64,000 bases of DNA from Candidatus Latescibacterota bacterium (lineage in GTDB: Bacteria > Latescibacterota > UBA2968 > UBA8231): the NCBI GenBank assembly GCA_965217585.1, contig OZ244561.1:4512001-4576000 (forward strand). The letters run 5' to 3'. This document shows positions 37,050 to 46,995 of this stretch, one piece after another. Made by a program: the position numbers and the translations under genes. Positions within the stretch are counted from its first letter, which is position 1; every line of letters starts with the position of its first letter. Under the pieces are notes generated by a model. It worked only from the letters and a program-made list of their open reading frames with translations. It did not search any database and was not told the origin of the DNA.

Positions 37050-40000
37050 ATGTCTTTGAACACAGCAGAGTTGGACAACCAAGAAAAACTCAAGGAAGAG
37101 CTACAAAACGCCCAAGAAGCGTCCAAGCTCGAACGTCTCGCGGCTGCTTTGCTTAGTCGTCTTCTCGACGTGCCGATTGCGGTCGCCAAATCCGGCTTTC
37201 AACATGGCGCGGATGCTGGTCCGGCTGGACAGCAAGGGCGACGGTTTCGGGTGGAATGCAAGAAGTATAGTGATAACAGTAGCTTGAGTGAACGAGAACT
37301 ACTTGGGGAGATTGACCAAGCGCTAGCGCGGGATGAGGCCCTTGAAGCTTGGGTTCTGGTTGTGACCTGTAGCGTTTCAGAACAGATCCGGCAATCGCTT
37401 GATCAGCATGGCGAACAGATGGGTGTCCCCATCGTGATTATCGCTTGGATAGATCAAGATCACGAAGTGGCACCGCTTGCAGCATTGTGTGCATTCGCTC
37501 CTGATTTGGTCGAGAAAGAATTCTCAAAGGAAGCTGGCGCGGCGGCTCGCTCCCTTCAAGCCATATCAGAGGGAGCAATCGAAAGGTTGCGACGCGACTT
37601 GCAGTCTTGGTGTTTGGGGTTTGAAGCAATACGGATGCGCTCTCACGATAAGCTCGATAAGATTTGGAACTCGCCGCAAGAATCAAAGGCTGCAATCGGA
37701 CAAGACGCGGCTGGGGGCGCTCAAAATAAGAAGGTCAAACGTAGCGCAGTACATGAGGCACTGAATGCGTGGTGGCAAGGACCGGCTCGGGATGGTGCCC
37801 CGGCTGCTGTAGTCGGATTGGAAGGGACCGGCAAGACATGGGCGACTTTCCACTGGTTGATCGACAGTAAGGACACGCAACCAATTGTTCTGATAACGCC
37901 ATCCTCTGCGGTAGCCGCCATCGGAAATGTCTCCGAAACCATCGTGAAACAACTCCTAGCGGATAGCCTTCACGAGATGAGCGGGATACGGGATCGGGAA
38001 CACTGGCTCCGCCGGCTCGATTATCTACTTAAACGTCCGATCTGTGAAGGACCAGTCCTGACCATATTCTTCGATGGCCTGAACCAAGAGCCTTCCGTTC
38101 AATGGCTACGACTCTTGCAAGTTTTGCAAGGCGAGACGTTTGGGGAACGCGTAAGGGTAATCGTCAGCACTCGCAATCATCATTTTGAAGAAAAGTTGTC
38201 AGGGCTTCGCGACCTCGTCGTACTAGCCAAGCGGGTTGACGTAAATCTCTATGATACGGCACCCGGGAGCGAACTCGACCAAATGCTTGAGTTCGAGAAT
38301 CTCACGCAGGCCGACTTGCGTCCTGATGTGCTTGAGTTGGCGAGTAACCCCCGTCTTTTCAAGCTCGTAGTACGTTTTCGAGAAAATCTGACTGGGACAG
38401 GTCGAATGACAGGCCACCGCCTGTTGTGGGAGTACGGACGCGACACTTCCGGGATTCTGGCTGGCAGGTCGTTCAGTGAGAGCGAGTGGAGAGAATGGCT
38501 CAAGGAAATTGCTCAGAAACGTCGGAAAGGTATTAAAGAATACTCAGAGAAGTCGCTCGTCGCGACGGTGAACCGTCCAGATCTGAATAAAAACGAAGTG
38601 TATGCACGACTCAGCGACATAATTGACGGTCGGTTCGCCACACGTAGCGCATCGGGCGACCTGCAACTCACTCCTGCGGTCATTTCACATGCCCTCGGCG
38701 TTGCGCTTCTGAACGATCTTGATCAAGTAAACTCGCCAACTTTTGAAACCTTAGATGCCACGTTGGCAGAATGGCTTGATCCCATCGCGGGTCTTGATGA
38801 ACAAGTGGAAATCCTGCGTGCGGCGGTGTCAATTTTGGTAGAGCAGGGACGAGCGTCAGAGGCACCTGTTCCCGGAGTGCTCGTTACGGCATGGCTGCAA
38901 AGCCAGAATACACCCGACGAGCATCGCCAAGAACTTGCCGATCTTGCCCCGCATTTTCCGAATGCTCTACTCGACGCGATCGAATATTCGAATAGTCACG
39001 CTCACAATTCCGCTAGAGTTTGGGCCGTGAACGCGCTGAGTACAATCCCGCGAGACGATAGCGCAGTCCTTGATATGATTGTCAAACGGTCCTGCTGCTG
39101 GCTGGGCGTTGTCGCCTGTGACAGCGATAGGCAGTCGGATAGGCTTAAACGCCTGATCGGTATCGATACCCCGGGTCCGATTACGGTCGTCGACGTCGAT
39201 CTCAAACTGGTCGATCAGTCCTCTAGCTTGATGAAAGCTGTAGTGCCTTTGATCGTCGAAGGCTTTCCGTTGGCTGACGCACTGCCGATTTTCGAGACAG
39301 CAGCCGTTGCGTTAGCGGTCGGAGATCGCAGTAGTTGTTGGGATGGTCTGAAGTGGCTCTGCCTGCTCAACGAAGTTGATTCCAATGAAACGGCGACGGC
39401 TTTACGTGGATTGTCAGAAGAAGTCAGCCGCCGCCAGCCAGAACAGGGCGTACATCCGGATCTTCCGAAGCGCATTGCTGCGCTCCTGCTGTGGCTGACA
39501 GGTCAGGACGAGGACGAGGACGCTGCTGTGTCTATAGATCCCGGCATTGGCCGCCCGCTCACCTATAAGAAAGACTATCTGCCACAGCCCGGTCGAAGCA
39601 TGTTCCCGCTGGAGCGGCGACATGCACACAGCGTCCTCACCGACACAGAACTACCTCTACACTCCCGCGTACAGCGGACCGAAGAGCTATGGCTTGATCC
39701 GAGTTTTGGTCCGCCAGCGAGTTTTGTTGAAGAAGTTTGCGCCGCAGCGACCTGTATTGATGTTGAGAAGTTGAACCGACACGGAGATCTCACTTCTGAG
39801 GATGATGACTTTGAAAGACTGGAACCGGTGCTGGCTCGATGTGCGCCGGATCTGCTCGCGGATCTAATCCGCCGCAAGATGCGGAGTATGGCTACCTGTC
39901 CGCCGGAGTCTAGGCACTGGAGCGCTATCCACGCTACCGAGCACCTAGTGCTGGCGGGCGAGGATGAGGCGGCAGCAGCGAGAGCGTTACGTCTGAATGT

Positions 40001-41465
40001 AGAGGATGAAGATGATGATGCTTCTGACGCCAATAACCTCCTGTTGATAGAGATCCGAAATCTGGATGCACAGGACCAATTCGACGAATTAATTCATGCG
40101 GATTTGAAGTACATCTCGACCAACTTCGCCAAAATCGTGCGTCCTCCGACACCGAATGATGTCGATGGCCTGATCGCTCGCTATGCCGATGGATCACTCA
40201 AACAGCAACGCGACCTGCTCACTCTATTGTCGATCCACCCGGTTGAACTCACGGACACGGCTTGGTCATGGGTTGAAAGATGTGCGAAATGTCAAGACAA
40301 GGATTCTCGCGGATTTGCCTTCCGAATTCTAACCCATGCTGATCCAGTGCGGTCCGGTCAAACGCTTGAGACTGATGGTTGGTCTTGGAGCCGGGACGAG
40401 CATGACTGGGTCAACGATTACGGAACGGACGCCCTTATCAAGGCCACGCTGGATATTCCTTTCGACGACCTAGCACCAAGACTGGCACCTTGGTGGTTGC
40501 TGGAAGCTGTTCGTCAACGTGGAGCTGACCCCACCGAAGTAAGGCTGGCAGCTAAAATCTTCGGTCAATTACTCGATGGGAAGCATCGCGCGGAAGCTAT
40601 CTCCTATTGCGCGGAGGATTTCGTTCCCGTCCTGCAACATGCACCTGATATTGTCGAACAGTGGCTTGAGGGTTGCACTGAGGTCACGACAGATTTTCAG
40701 CACCGTATTTTTTTTGCTGGAAGAGCTTATATTGCGCTCTGCGAGGCCCTCCTTGCACACGCCCCGATGCAGGGCGCGCAGTTGTGTCGTACTCTTTGCA
40801 CTCCCATGATAACACAATATATCGGAGGCGTAGAAAATCTCTTATATATAGTCTTTCGCGTTCCAGACTCACCTACAGTAACGGCGCTCCGAGACGAACT
40901 GGCTGGGTTAGAACATTGCCATACCAATCAGGCACTATTCAATCTGGCAATCGCTGCGTCTTATAACGGTAAGGACGATTGGCTCGCCACTCTCATTGGG
41001 CAAGATAAAGCATCGAAATTCGCTTGGCGACGGGAACGCGCCGCAGTCCTCGCGAGATTCACCGTGAACAATAAGCTACCGGTCGACGACGCTTGGCCTA
41101 ATGGGGAAATCAAAACTGGCTACGCCAATCTTGCTCAGAAAGCAGCACGTTATAGGTGGGCTGAGGCATGTGCCCGCCACTGGTGGCGAGCCTATCTTGC
41201 GTCCTCTGATCCGACTGAGGCTTACGCCGCTTGGGTTTTATTTTTGCGCTCGGCGGATCGTCGTTGTCGGGTCTGGATGAAACAAGATGTTGAAGCTGCA
41301 CAAGAATCGGACGACTTCTTCAAGCTCAAGATGATCCATGCTCGACTTAATCAAGGAAAGCTAGAGAATGCTTTGAAGAAGCGCGAGGACAAGCTCGACA
41401 AGAACTTTTTGGATCGTCGGATTTTTGCGGGTGTAGGCCCTTGGCCAATATACGTGCCGAGTTAG
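37050..41465 (+). CDS. Restriction-endonuclease-like + STAND/NACHT-like ATPase + long helical region (Avs/NLR-like)
   Basis: N-terminal E..GAD..VECKKY PD-(D/E)xK pattern; Walker A GLEGTGKT; Walker B IFFDGLN; VIVSTR. Confidence 0.72.
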   Translation: MSLNTAELDNQEKLKEELQNAQEASKLERLAAALLSRLLDVPIAVAKSGFQHGADAGPAGQQGRRFRVECKKYSDNSSLSERELLGEIDQALARDEALEAWVLVVTCSVSEQIRQSLDQHGEQMGVPIVIIAWIDQDHEVAPLAALCAFAPDLVEKEFSKEAGAAARSLQAISEGAIERLRRDLQSWCLGFEAIRMRSHDKLDKIWNSPQESKAAIGQDAAGGAQNKKVKRSAVHEALNAWWQGPARDGAPAAVVGLEGTGKTWATFHWLIDSKDTQPIVLITPSSAVAAIGNVSETIVKQLLADSLHEMSGIRDREHWLRRLDYLLKRPICEGPVLTIFFDGLNQEPSVQWLRLLQVLQGETFGERVRVIVSTRNHHFEEKLSGLRDLVVLAKRVDVNLYDTAPGSELDQMLEFENLTQADLRPDVLELASNPRLFKLVVRFRENLTGTGRMTGHRLLWEYGRDTSGILAGRSFSESEWREWLKEIAQKRRKGIKEYSEKSLVATVNRPDLNKNEVYARLSDIIDGRFATRSASGDLQLTPAVISHALGVALLNDLDQVNSPTFETLDATLAEWLDPIAGLDEQVEILRAAVSILVEQGRASEAPVPGVLVTAWLQSQNTPDEHRQELADLAPHFPNALLDAIEYSNSHAHNSARVWAVNALSTIPRDDSAVLDMIVKRSCCWLGVVACDSDRQSDRLKRLIGIDTPGPITVVDVDLKLVDQSSSLMKAVVPLIVEGFPLADALPIFETAAVALAVGDRSSCWDGLKWLCLLNEVDSNETATALRGLSEEVSRRQPEQGVHPDLPKRIAALLLWLTGQDEDEDAAVSIDPGIGRPLTYKKDYLPQPGRSMFPLERRHAHSVLTDTELPLHSRVQRTEELWLDPSFGPPASFVEEVCAAATCIDVEKLNRHGDLTSEDDDFERLEPVLARCAPDLLADLIRRKMRSMATCPPESRHWSAIHATEHLVLAGEDEAAAARALRLNVEDEDDDASDANNLLLIEIRNLDAQDQFDELIHADLKYISTNFAKIVRPPTPNDVDGLIARYADGSLKQQRDLLTLLSIHPVELTDTAWSWVERCAKCQDKDSRGFAFRILTHADPVRSGQTLETDGWSWSRDEHDWVNDYGTDALIKATLDIPFDDLAPRLAPWWLLEAVRQRGADPTEVRLAAKIFGQLLDGKHRAEAISYCAEDFVPVLQHAPDIVEQWLEGCTEVTTDFQHRIFFAGRAYIALCEALLAHAPMQGAQLCRTLCTPMITQYIGGVENLLYIVFRVPDSPTVTALRDELAGLEHCHTNQALFNLAIAASYNGKDDWLATLIGQDKASKFAWRRERAAVLARFTVNNKLPVDDAWPNGEIKTGYANLAQKAARYRWAEACARHWWRAYLASSDPTEAYAAWVLFLRSADRRCRVWMKQDVEAAQESDDFFKLKMIHARLNQGKLENALKKREDKLDKNFLDRRIFAGVGPWPIYVPS

Positions 41466-41575
41466 GGCGGTTAAGGCGTTCTTACCTCGCTACAAGACCT
41501 GAAGACCGCTAAGTGCAACTGTCAAACCCTAGCGCAAAAAGAGCAGTGTGCTCGTCCGTACTGTCTATTACCTAA

Positions 41576-41675
41576 GAGGCCCTAACAAAACTGGATTCCC
41601 GCTTTCGCGGGAATGACATGGGTGGGCGGGACGCCCGCGTTCCGAGGATCGCCTAGCAGGTTTTGTTAGAATCTC
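41576..41675. mobile_element. About 100-bp MITE-like element carrying REP-like hairpins
   Basis: Imperfect TIRs (13/16), TAA on both sides, internal ATTCCCGC-TTTC-GCGGGAAT hairpin and GCGGGACGCCCGC. Confidence 0.55.
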
Positions 41676-41794
41676 TAAGTGTGGACATGCCTAGGAGATG
41701 GCACTAGATTGAAATGATTCGCAAAACGAGCGACAACGGCCTAGACCTCGACCCCGTGACCCAAAATTTGGAATAGGAACGCCGGAGATATAAG

Positions 41795-42103
41795 ATGACT
41801 AATGTTGACAAAAACGTCGAAATTAACTTGCCCCTCGAAAATCTCATTGACACTCTCTGCAAACTGCCCCCTGACACTCTGAGGGAAGTCAAACGAAGGC
41901 TTGAAAGGCAACTCCAAGAATCTGATCGGTCTCAAGGGCCGTTGGATGACCTCCATGAGGACGACTTGTGGGGCTTGGAATGGAGTCGAGAAAGTGCCGA
42001 CGACGCGGAGGCTCCGGCCTCGATGGAGGAAGTGCTCAGAATCACATCTAAGTTCAAAGGGTCCATGGCAAAGATCGTGCGTGAAGAACGAGATGAACGA
42101 TAA
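41795..42103 (+). CDS. Small hypothetical, antitoxin-like protein
   Basis: GGAG RBS; acidic; C-terminal SMAKIVREERDER resembles VapB-type tails. Confidence 0.5.
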   Translation: MTNVDKNVEINLPLENLIDTLCKLPPDTLREVKRRLERQLQESDRSQGPLDDLHEDDLWGLEWSRESADDAEAPASMEEVLRITSKFKGSMAKIVREERDER

Positions 42104-42138
42104 TGCTTTCTGTTGCTTGATACGCGGGGTAAGAACAA

Positions 42139-42816
42139 CTAAAGCTTCAGAAAGTGTTTGGCGGCAGCCATGCTGGGGGCATACTCTAAGTCAAGATCAC
42201 TGAATTCATCCTTAATGTCAGCCCGAATTATTGCCTTATTAGGTTCCGCGTAATCTTTCTTGTTAGAAGATACAAACACTATTGGAGTCGTTATACCGTC
42301 GCTGCGAAGTTGGCGAACGCGTTCGAGATATGTCTCCAAGATTACGCAGTCTTTCATGTTGCCCTTCCCCCTTCGAGCCGGAGCGAGTGCCCTATTGACT
42401 CGATCAAACGCGCGTTCGAGGATTTGCGAGGGTTGAGGCACTGGAGTGCCGGCCTTCAACCAGCGCTCTGCCACCTTACGACATCGATTCTCGTGATTGT
42501 TCAAATGACTTAAATCGACTTCACCCGGCGATTCATACAGCGTAGACAACTCATCAAGCTTGGACACCTGATCTCGAAATTTTGCAAGTGAAGTCTTGGC
42601 TTCCTCATGAACGACATCTACCGTGTCGCAAAACTCCTTACGCACCTGTTCGGCAATAAGGGCTGTAAGCCTTTTACCACTCTCTACCTCGGGCAAGAGC
42701 TCCAAAGATGCGGCCTGATCGAGTACGCGAATATCGTCTCTCGCAGGGTCGCGCATAATGTCCAGAATTACACATGTGTCTAAGCACAAGAATCGCGTGT
42801 CTAACATTGTCGTCAC
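42139..42816 (-). CDS. PIN-domain protein
   Basis: CLDTCVILD, EQVRKE, KDCVILE, FVSSNKKDY acidic tetrad. Confidence 0.75.
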   Translation of the reverse strand: MTTMLDTRFLCLDTCVILDIMRDPARDDIRVLDQAASLELLPEVESGKRLTALIAEQVRKEFCDTVDVVHEEAKTSLAKFRDQVSKLDELSTLYESPGEVDLSHLNNHENRCRKVAERWLKAGTPVPQPSQILERAFDRVNRALAPARRGKGNMKDCVILETYLERVRQLRSDGITTPIVFVSSNKKDYAEPNKAIIRADIKDEFSDLDLEYAPSMAAAKHFLKL

Positions 42817-43463
42817 GAGAGATCATATGTATTCAACAAACCTATCCCGAATTCATATTGACCAACAAGATCCTCAGCGACATCGGATGGCCATTCTTCT
42901 ACTTCGGTCAACCACGTAAGCAATGACTCAGCATCAAGTTCACCGTTAGCCTTATAGGCAGCAATCAGAAACCTAAACCACTGGTCTTGGTCTGAGGGGT
43001 GGCTAGATCCGGTAGATTTGTTCGCCCCCATAGAGAAGCTGTGGAGAGCAGCGGCGGCTTCTTGGGATATCCAATCCGTAATAGGTCGCTTGCGTTTTGT
43101 AACCTCTACACAAAATTCGGGATCATTCGATACGACGGGCTCTACAATTTGAACCCTAAAGTCGTTTAGCACATCATTGTACTCTGAGGTACTAAGTTGT
43201 ATAGTCGCCAGAGGTAAAATATTTGAAACTTTGTACCCATCTGATTCCGGCCAAAGCGTCAGGATAGAAGCAGCAATACTGCCTCCAGGCATGTGCTCGA
43301 ACGCCATGCAGCCTTCGGGAAGTCTTTCCTCTGTGTCTTCTGCAAGACGCCACGGAGACTTCGCCTGCGCGATAAGAGCTCGGCGAAGTTCATCTCGGCG
43401 TCTATAGGGACATCTTAGAAACAAATCTTGGAAAACCTCAATGGATTCGATTCTCTCTGGCAT
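42813..43463 (-). CDS. Hypothetical protein coupled to PIN gene
   Basis: 216-aa ORF, GAGGAG RBS, 4-bp overlap, lower GC; ANKSTGSSHPSD motif. Confidence 0.7.
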   Translation of the reverse strand: MPERIESIEVFQDLFLRCPYRRRDELRRALIAQAKSPWRLAEDTEERLPEGCMAFEHMPGGSIAASILTLWPESDGYKVSNILPLATIQLSTSEYNDVLNDFRVQIVEPVVSNDPEFCVEVTKRKRPITDWISQEAAAALHSFSMGANKSTGSSHPSDQDQWFRFLIAAYKANGELDAESLLTWLTEVEEWPSDVAEDLVGQYEFGIGLLNTYDLS

Positions 43464-43586
43464 GATTTCGCTCCTCGCTTTCTTTAGTAGAGTCTTGAAT
43501 TAAAAGATACTTGCCACTTGCTGCTAATACAATCCCCTCAGTTTGCTGTGCCACGTCCGTAAGCTGCACGGACAAAACCCACGCTC

Positions 43587-45305
43587 TTAGCGCAAAAAGA
43601 GCAACTTGCGCGTCAATTCTACTCCTTCGGTCTCTAAGCGATAGAGATACACGCCGCTGGCCACGACGTGGCCGCTGTGGTCGCGGCCATCCCAAGCGGC
43701 TTCGCCGTACCCGGCCGCGACTTGGCCGGTGGTGAGGGTGCGCACCTTCTGCCCGTGGAGATTGTAGATGTGTAGGGCGGCGGGCGCGGAGTCGGGCGCG
43801 AGAAAGGGCAAGATCGTGCCCGCATTGAAGGGGTTGGGGTAGTTGGGCAAGAGGGACCAGCTAACCGGGGTCGAGCCAGTGGTCGCTTCTATGGCCGTGG
43901 GGAGGGCGCGGATGACCTGGGGCGGGCCAGAGGTGGTTAGCTGCTCGATGACCGCGGCGGCCGGCTGGCCGACGAGCGGGAGCGGACCAATGCCGCCGGC
44001 AAAGGGGCGGGAGCGGAACTCGCGGCCGTCGGACAGGGTGATAATCAACTCCCATTCCTCCTCGGGCCGAGGGTCCGCCAAGTCGACGGCGCAGTCCATC
44101 CGGATGTCGGCCGAGCGGACATTGCTGACGTCGGGCAGATCGGGATTGTAGGCGAACAGGGGATCGCGGGTCATCTCGTCGGCCGAAAGGGTGGTGTAGA
44201 GCCGAGTGAGATAGGGCTTTTCCTCTACGAGCTGTCGTACGCTTTCCAGCGGCTCGACCACGATGCGCTGTAAGTCAGCGGCAAAGGCGTTGGCGTCAAA
44301 GGCGAAGTCGGCGAGATAGCGGTCATAGGCACGCATGTTGTTGTAGAAGGAGCGTTCGGCGACGTCTTGGAGCCGGCCTTCCTCCCGCGCTTGCTCATAG
44401 GCTTCGCGGTCGCCAGCAAACATCACTTCGAGCACCCCTTCTTCAAGCACGGCTGGTGGCATGGGAATGTGGCGGCGGATCAGGGTCTGCATCTGCGCGT
44501 CGTCGGGGAAACCCTGCACGAAGGCTGCGTTGAGAAAATCGGCAGGGTGATCCTGCTGGCGCAATTGCGCTAGGTCGAAGTCCCACCAGAAAAAGTTGCG
44601 GACGATCTGGCTGGGACCAGCGTAGTCGGTGACAAACGCTTGGCCTCCGGCCTCGTTTGCGGCTTGGGTGACGACCTGTTGATAGTTGAAGCCGCCGTTG
44701 AACCAATCAATGAGGGCTTCGTTGATCTGCACGTGCCGGTAGTTGGTAGGGACGGCGCGGTACTCGCCCAAGATATATGCGAAGATGCCTAGGTCCGGCT
44801 CGGTGGCTACGGCGGTGAGGCGGATGGGGATGCCGGGCGCGTCGGCCGCATAGGTTACGGCGATGGGCTGCAGGTCGCCGACATCGCGGTCTGGCGCGAG
44901 CTTGAGCGCCAAGAAGTAGAAGCCCTCTTCCACGTAGGGCGTCAAAAGCTCAACCCCCAGTTCGCCGAGCTGGTAGCCGTTGTCCACGAGCCAATCGACA
45001 ATGGCTTGGGCGTCGTCCGAGGAAACGACCGCGGTGTCGTAGGGGCCGACCTGTTCTTGGGCGACCACTGCTATGTGACCGTAGCTTTCCGTGGTTTCAG
45101 CGCAGCCTAAGCAGAGCCCTGGGAAAATGACATCAAATAAATCGAAGAAGAGGTAGCAGCTATCCCCAAACTCCTCAAAGTTTATTTCAAAGACGGGCTG
45201 GGTAGCAAATTGTAGCAGGGCGAAAATTTGGTTGTGGCTGACGGCGAGTTCGGGCACCGCCGGCAGGGGTAGTATCCACGCAAAGTCCGCGGCCGCGCCG
45301 CTGTA
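43587..45305 (-). pseudogene. DUF2330-like protein with FlgD/T9SS-like C-terminal domain, 5'-truncated
   Basis: Begins mid-domain (YSGAAADFAWILPLP) right after the upstream stop; VGPYD, IPIRLTAVA; NYPNPFN tail; no start or signal peptide. Confidence 0.65.
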
Positions 45306-45306
45306 T

Positions 45307-46995
45307 TTAGTACGACCGCGTCGTCCGCCCCAGCTCCTCGGCCTCAATCCACTGCCGCAACACGGCACCAGAGCGCGCCAGCAGCGCTCGATAGGGTCGC
45401 CCCAACGCCTTGTTTTTTGGGTTTTTTCCCGACTGCCGGGGCACGGCGTTGAACCGTCCCCGCACCTCGACGATGTTGCGGCTCGGATTGTGCATGGCGA
45501 TCGTCAATACCCGGGCGCTGTGGCCCTCCGCATCGACCTGCATGGACCACACCGACTTGCTGCCCCGCCGACAGTTGGACACATAGGAGGCGACGCAGTG
45601 GTTCATCGCCCGTCCTTCGAGCGTGAGCTCCTTTTTGGAATTAAGCTCGCGGATGGTCCAGCGCAGCCCTTCTTCTTTGTCGTCCATCCACTCAAAGTTA
45701 GCTATGCCCGACGACTCCCAACTTCCTGAGGGCTGGCGGTTATCGCGGGCTAAGCGTTCGTGCCACTCCTCAACTTGGCGCAGGAGCTTGACCGCGCTGC
45801 GGCCCTTCATGGTGTAGCTAGGTTGCGGCGGCTCGCCCTCCTCTGTGGGGACGTACTTCTGGTGGTTTATATAATCGACGATGGGTCCCACCATATCCGG
45901 GTCGAGCATGGGGTTTTCCACGAAAAAGAGTACCACTGTGCTCCAGAAGGATTCGTCGGCAAAACTGCGGCCCAATTCCGTGGCTATCACGGCCTGGGCT
46001 AGCACCTCGCTGCCTTCCTGACCCACCACTTGTGCCCAGCGCAGGGCCTCGGTCGCCGTCAGTTCGCCCGGTGCCTCGGTAAAGACGTGCGCCATGCGCT
46101 TGGAGAGCACCAGCGGCAGGTCGGCCGTGCGGATGTTCTGCCCGCTGCCCACGTGGACGAACCACCCCTGCTGGCGTTGGGCCTCTTGGTCCCAGCCACC
46201 GAACCACGCCGAATCCAAGCAGGTCGGCACGTCGTAGCGGGCCAATAAAAACCGCGTCAGCGAGGCGAATTGCCGCCGGGGGTTGCGGCTATCTGGCTTC
46301 CACTCGGCTGGTGACTGCTGCCAAGCGTCGCTGTGCCGCGCCAATGCACCGAGGGCCTCGACGAAGGTATTGCCCTCCACCCGCCCCAAGCGCTGGAGAG
46401 TTGGTCGCGCGTCGAGGAGGTTGGGCGCTCGCTTCTCTACGTGCAGGAGCAAATCCCGTAGCTGTGCCCGCTGGTCGCCCGCCAATCCCGCAAAGGCCCG
46501 ATGGATCAGGCGCAGGACCTCAGTGCGCAGCTCTTCCTCGGCGATGGCTCCGGCCCAGAGCTGGTGGACGAGGTCTTTGGTGCGCCGGCTGTGCTTGCGG
46601 CCCGTTTGCAGGGCTTGGGTGCTCTGGAACTGCTGGTGGAGCTTGAGTTCCTTGGTGCGCTGGGCGGCGCTTTTGTGGATGGCGTCGCCGAGTCCCTGTT
46701 GCCGGCACCACGTCTGATAGGCGGCCACCCCGTCTAACCCTAGCTGCGCGACGTGTTGTTGAAAGGCACCTTCGGCTTGGGCGGCCTGTTGGTCGCGCTG
46801 ATGAGCCGCGCGCTCTTGTCGCCGCTCTTGCCAAGTTTTGCTCAGGGCCGCGCTAAATCCGTGTTGGCGGCACCAGACCTTATAGGCTTCGATGGCCTCT
46901 AAGCCTAGCGATTCCATGTGCGCGCCCAACTCGGCATTGGCGCGCGCGGTGGCACCCCGGCGTCGGCTCTTTTTGCGCTTGAGTTGTTTAGCCAT
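45307..46995 (-). CDS. PcfJ-like domain protein
   Basis: EEWHERL, IRELNS..EL..EGRAMNHCVASY; start MAKQLK overlaps upstream stop. Confidence 0.75.
   Translation of the reverse strand: MAKQLKRKKSRRRGATARANAELGAHMESLGLEAIEAYKVWCRQHGFSAALSKTWQERRQERAAHQRDQQAAQAEGAFQQHVAQLGLDGVAAYQTWCRQQGLGDAIHKSAAQRTKELKLHQQFQSTQALQTGRKHSRRTKDLVHQLWAGAIAEEELRTEVLRLIHRAFAGLAGDQRAQLRDLLLHVEKRAPNLLDARPTLQRLGRVEGNTFVEALGALARHSDAWQQSPAEWKPDSRNPRRQFASLTRFLLARYDVPTCLDSAWFGGWDQEAQRQQGWFVHVGSGQNIRTADLPLVLSKRMAHVFTEAPGELTATEALRWAQVVGQEGSEVLAQAVIATELGRSFADESFWSTVVLFFVENPMLDPDMVGPIVDYINHQKYVPTEEGEPPQPSYTMKGRSAVKLLRQVEEWHERLARDNRQPSGSWESSGIANFEWMDDKEEGLRWTIRELNSKKELTLEGRAMNHCVASYVSNCRRGSKSVWSMQVDAEGHSARVLTIAMHNPSRNIVEVRGRFNAVPRQSGKNPKNKALGRPYRALLARSGAVLRQWIEAEELGRTTRSY

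Noticed and set aside
41581-41671. CCTAAC...GTTAGA as an attC site
   Set aside because: Ends do not fit RYYYAAC/GTTRRRY; TIR plus TAA duplication fits a MITE better.
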